Positions 16,983 through 25,006 of a stretch of DNA of 64,000 nt are shown here, one piece after another. This stretch comes from Clostridia bacterium. Lineage in GTDB: Bacteria; Bacillota; Clostridia; Christensenellales; UBA1242. Positions within the stretch are counted from its first letter, which is position 1. Each line of letters begins with the position of its first letter. The stretch is from the NCBI GenBank assembly GCA_045534265.1, contig JAZSJH010000007.1:45031-109030 (forward strand). The letters run 5' to 3'. The notes beneath the pieces were generated by a model. The model searched no databases. It was not told where the DNA came from and worked only from the letters and a program-made list of their open reading frames with translations. The translations under genes and the position numbers were made by a program.

Positions 16983-18350
16983 ATGGCATTTTTTGACGAC
17001 AAAAGCAAAAAGCTTACTTGGTTTACTAGAAATTATTTTTTTCTTGGAACATTACTATTTGTAATGCTTAACATATTACTTTTTGTATGTTTTGGAAATT
17101 CTTGGGAAGAAATTTATGGCAATGTAAATAATGTATGGGGAAAGCCTTTTGAATTTAGCAATTTATTAAGAGCAATTTTTAACACTATATCACACTCTGA
17201 TTGGGAACACGTATTGTTTAATATGTTATTCTTTGCTGTTGCTGCAATATATATCGAAAGAAAAATGGGTTCAATAACCTTTATTATGTTTATTTTGGGT
17301 GCAATGGTATTTGACGCTTCGATTACAACCGCAACAGACCTTGCCCTTAATTGGCATGGGTGGTCAGGCATTGTTTATATTACACAATTTTATGTTTTTA
17401 TTGATTATTGTTTTTCTTTCCAAAAAGCAAAAAGGAATAAATTCAATATAATTTTTGGGGCTATTGTATGTTTTATTTCTTATGCTTCAATGGCAGGAGA
17501 TATCAAAGATGGTAAATTAATTGTTTATGGATATCCACATGGACTTGTTTATAATGCAGGACATTATTCTGCAGCCCTTGCAGGAATAATCCTTGCGTTA
17601 ATTATTCACCTAACCCAACTTAGAGTATCAAGACAAATGCAATATGTCGAAATAGAAAAGCCCACTAACTCAAAAGCAATAAAAATTACTTATGCTTGCA
17701 TAGCTATAGTTATGGCTTTGCTTTCTTGTGGCACAACTCTTGCGGCATTGAGCGCAGACAAAAGGTCTGATATTATGTGTTCAATAACTTTTGACAGTAG
17801 CGTAGATACCTTTGACCAAAAACTTGAAAAAGATTTTGCAACAGAAAAAAATAGGTCTTATGAATCTATCGCAAGGGAGTGGTTAAATACAATTCCTTAT
17901 ATAGAAAGAAAAAACTACGCTTACGAATTTTATTTTGACCAAAAATACACTCAAGGTTTTGTTAAAGATTACAATACAAAAAATTCTTGTTACAGAGCGC
18001 CTTGGGGTAGAGGTGAATTTGTTCCATTAAAAGAAAATAAGGACAAAACAATTTATGTCAAAACATACGAAATATGCTATGTCCAATTTGAAGATTATTC
18101 TTTGTATATAAACGGGGATTTTCCAAGAAGTTTTGAAAAAGAAAACTTGTATTACGATTATGTTTATACAGACAGAACTATTGTTGAGAAAAATGGTACT
18201 TTGAGATTCCAAATAACATCTGCAAAATATTCTTTAGACGCACTTGCATTATATCTAAATGGCACAGAAATAGTGAGAGACCAAGAAGGATATTATAAAA
18301 TAGAAAACATATCAGAAGATATAAAAATAACGTTTGAATTAAAATCATAA
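16983..18350 (+). CDS. Rhomboid family intramembrane serine protease with extra TM helix and ~200-aa C-terminal domain
   Basis: Rhomboid signatures HSDWEHVLFNMLFF, GWSGIVY (GxSG serine) and AGHYSAALAG (His). An additional TM helix (ITYACIAIVMALLSCGTTLAAL) precedes an unassigned soluble domain. Confidence 0.75.
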   Translation: MAFFDDKSKKLTWFTRNYFFLGTLLFVMLNILLFVCFGNSWEEIYGNVNNVWGKPFEFSNLLRAIFNTISHSDWEHVLFNMLFFAVAAIYIERKMGSITFIMFILGAMVFDASITTATDLALNWHGWSGIVYITQFYVFIDYCFSFQKAKRNKFNIIFGAIVCFISYASMAGDIKDGKLIVYGYPHGLVYNAGHYSAALAGIILALIIHLTQLRVSRQMQYVEIEKPTNSKAIKITYACIAIVMALLSCGTTLAALSADKRSDIMCSITFDSSVDTFDQKLEKDFATEKNRSYESIAREWLNTIPYIERKNYAYEFYFDQKYTQGFVKDYNTKNSCYRAPWGRGEFVPLKENKDKTIYVKTYEICYVQFEDYSLYINGDFPRSFEKENLYYDYVYTDRTIVEKNGTLRFQITSAKYSLDALALYLNGTEIVRDQEGYYKIENISEDIKITFELKS

Positions 18351-18356
18351 AAAAAA

Positions 18357-18384
18357 GGTAAAAGAATTTTTCTTTTACCTTTTT
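18357..18384. terminator. Bidirectional terminator between convergent rhomboid and GNAT genes
   Basis: GGTAAAAGA-atttt-TCTTTTACC with flanking A and T runs. Confidence 0.7.
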
Positions 18385-18393
18385 ATTATAAAA

Positions 18394-18921
18394 TTATTTA
18401 GTCAAATCAATCATAATCTCAACGCAAGGGTCAGACTTTCCAAATTTTATAGAATCAAACTCTTGAGTTACCACAAAGCCAAGATCATAAAAAACTTTTA
18501 ACGCTTTTTCTCTTGATTTTGGAACAGAATCATATAGATTGTTTACACCGTTTTGTTTTGCGGTTTTGATAAATTCTGCCATTGCAGGGCACATATATCC
18601 TTGTCCTTGAAATTTTGAGTGAATAACAATGCCCATCATATATCTTCCGTCTTCGATTTTGTGATAGTTAAGGTATCCAACAAAGTTGCCTGTTTCGCTA
18701 TCTTGAATATATGCGTAGTATGAGTTTTTATCTTTTAATTTTTTGTCTAGCCAAAACTCCCATTCACTTTCTGGAAAATCAATACAGCCTGTGTCGTAGT
18801 GATAACCGCTGTATGTTACGTCATAACCTGCGTTATAACTCATAGTTTCTGGGTCTTTCATACACGCTTGTCTAAACCACAAATCTTCTACTTTTGGTAT
18901 ATATAAATTTACTTTTTTCAT
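18394..18921 (-). CDS. GNAT family N-acetyltransferase (RimJ/RimL-like)
   Basis: 175 aa. Motif A FQGQGYMCPAM and VFYDLGF. Confidence 0.75.
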   Translation of the reverse strand: MKKVNLYIPKVEDLWFRQACMKDPETMSYNAGYDVTYSGYHYDTGCIDFPESEWEFWLDKKLKDKNSYYAYIQDSETGNFVGYLNYHKIEDGRYMMGIVIHSKFQGQGYMCPAMAEFIKTAKQNGVNNLYDSVPKSREKALKVFYDLGFVVTQEFDSIKFGKSDPCVEIMIDLTK

Positions 18922-18934
18922 AAGGTTTCGTCCT

Positions 18935-19408
18935 TTATTGAATATTTATATTGTGAGATATTACACCCACATCAATCTTTGGCAAATCATAAATCAAAGC
19001 TGGTAAACACTTGTATTTCTTCAAATCCTTTTTGTTTATCCAATATATTTTTTCGCTTTCTGAATCTTTTATTCTTGTCCCTTCTGGCAAAGACTCGAAA
19101 TCATTTTCGCTAAGTTCAATATGATATACAAACAATAACTGAAAAACTTTTTTGTCAAGCCAAGGGAAAATATTTTCTTCTATGCGGATAAGCTTAGGAG
19201 AAATGTTTTTAAGCCCTAGTTCTTCTTGCATTTCTCTACGAATAGCGGTGTTTGTGTTTTCATCAATTTTTACCCTGCCACCAGAGAAGGTATAAAAATC
19301 AAGTGTGTTGTTCTTTTCAAGCAGTAACTTATCTTTGTGTGTGATATATGCGGCAACTCTTACATTAAATCTATTTTCGCCACTGCTAAAATCCACATCT
19401 ATTGCCAT
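18935..19408 (-). CDS. Nudix hydrolase
   Basis: Nudix box GGRVKIDENTNTAIRREMQEELGL. AGGAG SD. Confidence 0.8.
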   Translation of the reverse strand: MAIDVDFSSGENRFNVRVAAYITHKDKLLLEKNNTLDFYTFSGGRVKIDENTNTAIRREMQEELGLKNISPKLIRIEENIFPWLDKKVFQLLFVYHIELSENDFESLPEGTRIKDSESEKIYWINKKDLKKYKCLPALIYDLPKIDVGVISHNINIQ

Positions 19409-19412
19409 AAAT

Positions 19413-19925
19413 TTATTCTCCTTTGTACGCCCATTTTTCTAATGTTTCGGCGTCTGCATTGTCTATATAATGACTTAGTTTGTTAAAATCTTTGTCAAAA
19501 ACAAATTCTCCAATGACATTTTCTCCGGCAATGATTTTTGGAAGCCAAAATTTATCATCAGGGAACATCTTGTCATAAGGAATTTTGTCCAAATCAAACC
19601 AAAAAGGTTTCATCTCATCAGTTTCTTGCGGAGAGTAGTCGTAATCCTTTGCGACAAATATATGTGTTACTTCTATAACCGGCTCACCTTTGTAATATTC
19701 GTCAAAGTTAATAACACCACGCAGAACATAGTCTTTAGGAACTATGCCGATTTCTTCAAAAGTCTCCCTTATCATTCCTTGTTCTACATTTTCTCCGGGC
19801 TCTAATTTCCCGCCAACTCCGTTGTATTTGCCGATACCAAAGCCACGCTTTTTGCAAGCAAGCAGTATTTTGTTATCTTTGATTACAAGCAGTAGAGTAG
19901 TGGGCAAAATCTTTTTATTTTCCAT
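19413..19925 (-). CDS. Nudix hydrolase (MutT-like)
   Basis: Nudix box GVGGKLEPGENVEQGMIRETFEEIGI. Start placed at MENKKIL (AAGGAG 7 nt upstream). Confidence 0.8.
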   Translation of the reverse strand: MENKKILPTTLLLVIKDNKILLACKKRGFGIGKYNGVGGKLEPGENVEQGMIRETFEEIGIVPKDYVLRGVINFDEYYKGEPVIEVTHIFVAKDYDYSPQETDEMKPFWFDLDKIPYDKMFPDDKFWLPKIIAGENVIGEFVFDKDFNKLSHYIDNADAETLEKWAYKGE

Positions 19926-19942
19926 AACTTGCTCCTTATTGC

Positions 19943-19971
19943 AAAAAGGCATTTTTTGAGATAAAAATGCC
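19943..19971 (-). terminator. Terminator of the CYTH/3-TM/mscL operon
   Basis: GGCATTTTT-6 nt-AAAAATGCC hairpin followed on the minus strand by TTTTTG. Confidence 0.65.
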
Positions 19972-19982
19972 TTTTCAAATAA

Positions 19983-20639
19983 TTACTTTGTTGATTTAGT
20001 TTTTTCTTTTGATTGCATTTGAGCTTTTAATAAATCTCTAATTTCTTTAAGTAGGGTTTCTTGAGATGGATTTTGTTTTGCATTTTCTTCAGCTTCTAGT
20101 TTTGCTTTTTCTTCTTCAGCCTTTTTTGCTTCTTCTAGAGCTTTTGCTTTTTCTACTAGTCTTTCAGCCCAAACTTCTTTGAACTTTCTGCCTTGTTCTT
20201 TTGCAAGTTTTCTATATTGTTTTTTCTCTGCAATTACTTCTTTTTTGCTTTCTTTTTCGATAAGGTCGCCAAATTCTTTGAATTTTTCTCTAGAAACGTT
20301 AATAAGTTTTACAATCATAAATACAGTAAATGCGATAATAAAGAAGTCTATAATTGCTGCAATAAATGCGCCCCAGTCAATATAAATACTATTTGCGGTG
20401 TCAATTACTTTTACGCCATCAACAGTTGTATATGCTTTTGACAAATATGTAACTGCCGCAGAAAGGCCTTCTTTTCCGCCAACCAAAGCAATAAGCCAGT
20501 TAATCAATGGTCTTATTATATTGTTTGACAACCCATTAACAATAGCAGTAAAAGCACCGCCGACAATAACGCCGACAGCAAGGTCAAGGACATTGCCTCT
20601 TGTGATGAATTTCTTAAATTCTTCAAAAAATTTTTTCAT
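19983..20639 (-). CDS. mscL: Large-conductance mechanosensitive channel with ~85-aa charged C-terminal extension
   Basis: N terminus MKKFFEEFKKFITRGNVLDLAVGVIVGGAFTAIVNGL is the canonical MscL start. At 218 aa it is longer than the usual ~130-150, and the tail is K/E/A-rich. Confidence 0.85.
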   Translation of the reverse strand: MKKFFEEFKKFITRGNVLDLAVGVIVGGAFTAIVNGLSNNIIRPLINWLIALVGGKEGLSAAVTYLSKAYTTVDGVKVIDTANSIYIDWGAFIAAIIDFFIIAFTVFMIVKLINVSREKFKEFGDLIEKESKKEVIAEKKQYRKLAKEQGRKFKEVWAERLVEKAKALEEAKKAEEEKAKLEAEENAKQNPSQETLLKEIRDLLKAQMQSKEKTKSTK

Positions 20640-20899
20640 TAGTTTTTCTCCTTTTTATTTTTGTTTTTATTATCTTTGATTAATTTGAATAAATGCACGC
20701 TATTAACAATTATTAAAGCTCCGTTTAGTACTGCTGTGCTTATTGCTGGGAGTAATGCTCCATAAATTACAAACACAACGGAACCTAGAATGTTTAATAT
20801 TCTCATATACAAGCTGCCTTTGTAAGACAGTGTAGGGAAGAGCATAGAAACTAGTATCAAAAGTGTAGCAATTATTCCAATAGCTTCTTTCCAAAACAT
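20639..20899 (-). CDS. 86-aa three-TM membrane protein (SemiSWEET/PnuC/YgjV-like topology suspected)
   Basis: Three hydrophobic helices. GGAGAA SD. The stop overlaps the mscL ATG by 1 nt (TAATG). Family assignment is uncertain. Confidence 0.6.
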   Translation of the reverse strand: MFWKEAIGIIATLLILVSMLFPTLSYKGSLYMRILNILGSVVFVIYGALLPAISTAVLNGALIIVNSVHLFKLIKDNKNKNKKEKN

Positions 20900-20917
20900 T
20901 TATATTCTCCTTTTTTT

Positions 20918-22018
20918 TTATTTCATCTCATCAGGAATTGTTTTTGCAAATGCGTAGTTTGAGAATTTTTTGTCGGCGGTAACTTCTTTGATAACCTTGA
21001 TAAAAGGTGGAAAGTCAAACTTTTCGTTTTCGCTCAAAAGCTCAATTTCGCATATTGCTCTTGTATTCGAAAATGGATAAATATCTATTTCAAAATATTT
21101 GTTATCGTGCATTAGACAATATCTAGTTTTTTTGATTTGGTGTATAGATGTGTCTGCGGTTGCAAGATAGGTTAGATATTCTCTTTCGGTTATTCTTCTT
21201 TCGTTTTCTATACGTTTTAGCTTGGTTATAGTCTTTTTTGTGGTTATTGTATAGATATAATTTCCGTTGGTGCCCCTTTGCCTAATTCTTGTTTCTTCAC
21301 CATCAGTTTGGAGATAAGTTTGAATTATGTCTACTTTATTGCAGTTAGGTAAACTATTAAGAAAATCAACATCTGGCTTTTCAATCAAGAACTTTCTTTC
21401 TATCTCAAATGGAATAGGTTTGCCAATAAAAGAACAAATCTCTTGAGCAAGTCTTTTCATTTTGCTTTCAAAATTTGTTGAGTTGTCTATAACTCTTAAG
21501 TGTGGGTGACCTGTCCAACTGTTGATTGTTTTATCGTCCAAAGCCCTTGCCTGTTCGATAGTTTCGCTTCTTGCGTTGTTGTTTGCTGTCGTGTAAAATT
21601 CTTCAGCGCCTTTTGCCGCAGTGACTAAGTGAAAAACTGCATCATAGTCGTCTCTTAGGTCTACTTCCGAAAGGTCAAGGTCTTGTAAAACTTTTTGCCA
21701 TTCTTCGTTTGACATATATGTCTTGCAATCCATACAACCTCTATCACAAACAAGCAATATTTTGTCATAAGGTAGAGTCTTGCAAAGTTCCATATAGTAT
21801 TTTTCTTTTAGTCTTTGAAGCTTGATTATGCTTTTTTCAAAATCAGTATATTTTGCAAAGACATTTCCGCTAGCGCCACTTAGTATAAGTTCGGTTGCAG
21901 TTTCTCCAACAAACACAACTTTGTAGCCTAGTTTTGTAAAAAATCTTTCAATATAACTAAGGCCGGTGGTCTTGCCGCCACAAGGGCCCCCAGTAATTGC
22001 AATTTTTGTAATTTCCAT
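20918..22018 (-). CDS. Fusion of NadR-like P-loop NTPase (AAA_28 type) and CYTH (triphosphate tunnel metalloenzyme) domain
   Basis: P-loop ITGGPCGGKTT, ETATELI and a WTGHP block. The C-terminal half starts with the CYTH signature EIERKFLI. Start moved to MEITKIAITGG (AGGAG upstream). Confidence 0.75.
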   Translation of the reverse strand: MEITKIAITGGPCGGKTTGLSYIERFFTKLGYKVVFVGETATELILSGASGNVFAKYTDFEKSIIKLQRLKEKYYMELCKTLPYDKILLVCDRGCMDCKTYMSNEEWQKVLQDLDLSEVDLRDDYDAVFHLVTAAKGAEEFYTTANNNARSETIEQARALDDKTINSWTGHPHLRVIDNSTNFESKMKRLAQEICSFIGKPIPFEIERKFLIEKPDVDFLNSLPNCNKVDIIQTYLQTDGEETRIRQRGTNGNYIYTITTKKTITKLKRIENERRITEREYLTYLATADTSIHQIKKTRYCLMHDNKYFEIDIYPFSNTRAICEIELLSENEKFDFPPFIKVIKEVTADKKFSNYAFAKTIPDEMK

Positions 22019-22096
22019 AAAACCGCTCCTAAACATAATGTAGCACATTTTGCTATTTTTCAAAAGTGTTTTTATTATTATTTGTTATAATTTTGA

Positions 22097-22126
22097 AATA
22101 AAAAACAGGCTCGCATAAGCAAACCT
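22097..22126 (-). terminator. Terminator of the flavin-reductase-like gene
   Basis: Minus strand AGGTTTGC-ttat-GCGAGCCT (two G-U pairs) followed by GTTTTTTATTT. Confidence 0.55.
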
Positions 22127-22133
22127 ATTTTTG

Positions 22134-23045
22134 TTATTTTTTCTCTTTTCTTCTTTTATCATTAATAATATTAAGTGCAGCTTCGTCAATAACCTTTATT
22201 CCTTCTTCTTTTGCTATATTTACCATTTGAGTAAGGGCAGCCTTCAAAAAGATTCTTGGTATTTTAACAAGCTTTGCACAGGCTTCTTCTGTAAATTTAA
22301 CATCTGGATCAATCCTTTCGGCGGCATAAATTACAGACTTTACATCTCCATCATTTTTCTCTGGGATTTTCTCTGCGATAGGTCTTGAAAATTTAGTGTA
22401 CCAAAAGTTGGTGCTATCTCTATATCCATAGTCTACAGGAACTCTAGGGAAGTTATTTGATTTTACGCCATTAACGATAGAATTGTGGTATTTTTCTTTC
22501 ATCAAAATTTTATCTATTTTTAAGATAAAATGAGCACCGAACTTGCTTGTAATGCCATTAAAGTTTCTATAAGGTGGTTCATACCCTTCTAGATTGCCGG
22601 GCTTGTCTTTGTGTGCGTCTTCTAAACTATCGTCCCAAGTACATTCAAAAACTTGAAAACTTTCTTCAATAATTTGTGGTCTATTTTTGTCTATAGTGCT
22701 GTTCTTTAGTGTGAATAGACAATTTTTCATTTTTTCTTCAGTTGTATCGCCAGGGAAGCCAAGTCTTACTGCTTCTTTGAAATATTTTTTATTATCCGGA
22801 ATAAAGTTGAGTGCGCACTTTTTTGTTCTAAGCAAGTTTTGTGCAGTGTTAGAGCTGTTTCTACATTCTAGTATCATTGCATAATAGTCTTTTCCTGCAA
22901 TATAGTAAGGAAAGCATAGAGAATAAGCTCCTACATTTGTTTGTCCGCTTTCGCTAACAGTACTTATAAGTATTGTTGGCATTGGATAAAAAGCAGATGT
23001 TTGATAAAAGTTGTCTACTATTCTTAATTCTTTTAACTCGTCCAT
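22134..23045 (-). CDS. Flavin reductase-like (FMN-binding split barrel) protein with C-terminal PCP_red-like helical domain
   Basis: 303 aa. The N-terminal pattern PMPTILISTVSESGQTNVGAYS fits the flavin reductase-like domain. The C terminus EEACAKLVKIPRIFLKAALTQMVNIAKEEG resembles the protochlorophyllide-reductase C-terminal module. Confidence 0.55.
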   Translation of the reverse strand: MDELKELRIVDNFYQTSAFYPMPTILISTVSESGQTNVGAYSLCFPYYIAGKDYYAMILECRNSSNTAQNLLRTKKCALNFIPDNKKYFKEAVRLGFPGDTTEEKMKNCLFTLKNSTIDKNRPQIIEESFQVFECTWDDSLEDAHKDKPGNLEGYEPPYRNFNGITSKFGAHFILKIDKILMKEKYHNSIVNGVKSNNFPRVPVDYGYRDSTNFWYTKFSRPIAEKIPEKNDGDVKSVIYAAERIDPDVKFTEEACAKLVKIPRIFLKAALTQMVNIAKEEGIKVIDEAALNIINDKRRKEKK

Positions 23046-23077
23046 AATTATCTCCCAGTTTTAGTTTTGTTTTTTTA

Positions 23078-23698
23078 CTATTTAATTAATAATTTAGATT
23101 CTATATTTTTTAGGTTATCACAAAATCTTTTGCCATCGGCCATTGTTCCCACAATAGAGCCGTAGTGAGTAGGAATTGCAAAAGTAGGTTTGATGATGTT
23201 TGCAAGAAAAGCACCTTCTTCTGCGGTCATTGTGTATGTCCCGCCAACAGGAACAAGCAATACATCTGTTTTTATTTGCTCAAGCTCAGGTGTTTTATCA
23301 CTATCTCCGCAGATTGTATAGTTTAAGCCATTAATTGTTAGAGTATAGCCAACCCAACCATTTTCTTTTGGGTGGAACTTTTTATTTATGTTATACGCAG
23401 GAAAAGTTTGATACTTTACGTCATAAGCAAACCCGCTCTCAAAAGGTTTTACTGTTTTTAGGTTTTCTTCTTCGTAGCCTTCTTCTCGTAGCATATCTAT
23501 ACTGTCTTTTGTTCCCACAATTATTGTGTCTTCCGTGGCAAGGTTTTTTATGCTAGCCATATCCAAGTGGTCATAGTGAGAATGAGTAATAAAAATACAT
23601 TTTGCATTTTTTTTGATGTCTGTTATGTTGTAAGGGTCGATATAAACATCTTCGCCAATGCAAATACTGCTATGGCAATTGATAGTGATATTATCCAT
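23078..23698 (-). CDS. MBL-fold metallo-hydrolase
   Basis: 206 aa with the HxHxDH motif (ITHSHYDHLD). AGGAG SD. Confidence 0.8.
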   Translation of the reverse strand: MDNITINCHSSICIGEDVYIDPYNITDIKKNAKCIFITHSHYDHLDMASIKNLATEDTIIVGTKDSIDMLREEGYEEENLKTVKPFESGFAYDVKYQTFPAYNINKKFHPKENGWVGYTLTINGLNYTICGDSDKTPELEQIKTDVLLVPVGGTYTMTAEEGAFLANIIKPTFAIPTHYGSIVGTMADGKRFCDNLKNIESKLLIK

Positions 23699-23805
23699 AT
23701 GTTGCTCCTTTTATATAAGTATTATAACATAGCTTTGCCCTTGCTAAAAAACGAAAAATAAAGAAAAAAAGAAATAGTCTAAAACTATTCCTTTTTATAT
23801 TTATA

Positions 23806-24819
23806 TTAAGCTTCTTCAAATACTAAATCAAGTGACAAACTGTATACATCAGTTACTTTTTTGCGGTTAAAGATTCTGTATTTTTGGCAAGCAGATTCTG
23901 ATAAAATATATAGTTTGTTGTTATCAATTACGATTTCTTCTGTCATAGCAGGAGCGTTTGTTTTTCTAATCAAAGATTCTCCGTCCAAAAACCACAAATC
24001 AACTTCGTTTCCGCCAACAGTTATGCTAGAATGAGCAGCTTCTGCAAGAACGTTTTTGTAGCTGTAGATGTTAGAATCTGGAAGGCTATATGATGTAGAA
24101 AGAGCAATCTTTCCATCAGCAGTAAAAGCCATACCTTGTACAAGACCAGTTGTAGATAGAGCCATATCAGGAATAGTATCAACAACACCATATTGAGCTG
24201 CGTTGTCTATTTCGTATGCGTATGCTACAGCAGTGTTTGTTTCTTCTGTTCTTGTTTTGATTCTGTGGGCGTTGTTTGTTTCGTAGTTGCCCTTGCGATA
24301 AAATTCGCCAACCCAAAGATAACCATTATGGATTGTGATATTATCAGCGCCGTTGTTTGTTGCAAAATAGTCAACAATATCAACAGAATCTCCGTTTTGA
24401 GCAGCTGTTACATCACTTAACAAAAATCTATAAGCTCTGCCTTCGTCTTCGTCTTTTGAGCAAATCCAAAGGTTGTTTTCTGATGATGTAATACCACAAG
24501 CGTGACCAACATAATCTTCGCCATCAACTTTGATAGTAAAGTATTTTTCTACTTCGCCGCTTTCGCCGTTAATAACATAATATCTAGATGCTGAGCCCTT
24601 TGCCATATATCCCCCTACGATATATGTGTTTTGACCATCTACTTTAGTAAAGCCTTGCGGAACAAAGTCTGTATCTAGACCCGGAATTGCAAATTCTTTT
24701 GTTGCGTTTTTGAAAAATGCGCCATTCCAAGGCCACAAAAACCATACTGCCAAAAATATAGCAATAAGAAGTATAAGCGAAGCTAAAGAAATACCAATAA
24801 TTTTTAATGCTTTTTTCAT
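23806..24819 (-). CDS. N-terminally membrane-anchored protein, beta-propeller-like, unknown function
   Basis: Start at MKKALKIIGISLASLILLIAIFLAVWF (GGGGGAA SD). The rest is beta-rich with repeated G/W/Y blocks. No named motif. Confidence 0.65.
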   Translation of the reverse strand: MKKALKIIGISLASLILLIAIFLAVWFLWPWNGAFFKNATKEFAIPGLDTDFVPQGFTKVDGQNTYIVGGYMAKGSASRYYVINGESGEVEKYFTIKVDGEDYVGHACGITSSENNLWICSKDEDEGRAYRFLLSDVTAAQNGDSVDIVDYFATNNGADNITIHNGYLWVGEFYRKGNYETNNAHRIKTRTEETNTAVAYAYEIDNAAQYGVVDTIPDMALSTTGLVQGMAFTADGKIALSTSYSLPDSNIYSYKNVLAEAAHSSITVGGNEVDLWFLDGESLIRKTNAPAMTEEIVIDNNKLYILSESACQKYRIFNRKKVTDVYSLSLDLVFEEA

Positions 24820-24840
24820 AAACATTTCCCCCTTGACTAG

Positions 24841-24868
24841 ATTGTAGCATAATACATTTTTTTATCAA
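24841..24868 (-). promoter_or_regulatory. Promoter of the anchored beta-propeller-like gene
   Basis: Minus strand TTGATA (24868-24863), 16-nt spacer, TGcTACAAT (24849-24841). Confidence 0.6.
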
Positions 24869-24965
24869 AGCAAAAATATAAAAATTGTTGCAAAAGTGAC
24901 AATAAGAATTTCAAGTTCTAAAGGGGTTTGCTGTTTGCGAATATACATAATAATTTGTATTCAAA

Positions 24966-24995
24966 ATAAAAAGCAGAGAGAGCTCTCTGCTTTTT
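24966..24995 (-). terminator. Terminator of the EEP-family gene
   Basis: GCAGAGA-gagc-TCTCTGC hairpin flanked by A5 and T5. Confidence 0.75.
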
Positions 24996-25006
24996 GGCGT
25001 TATTAT

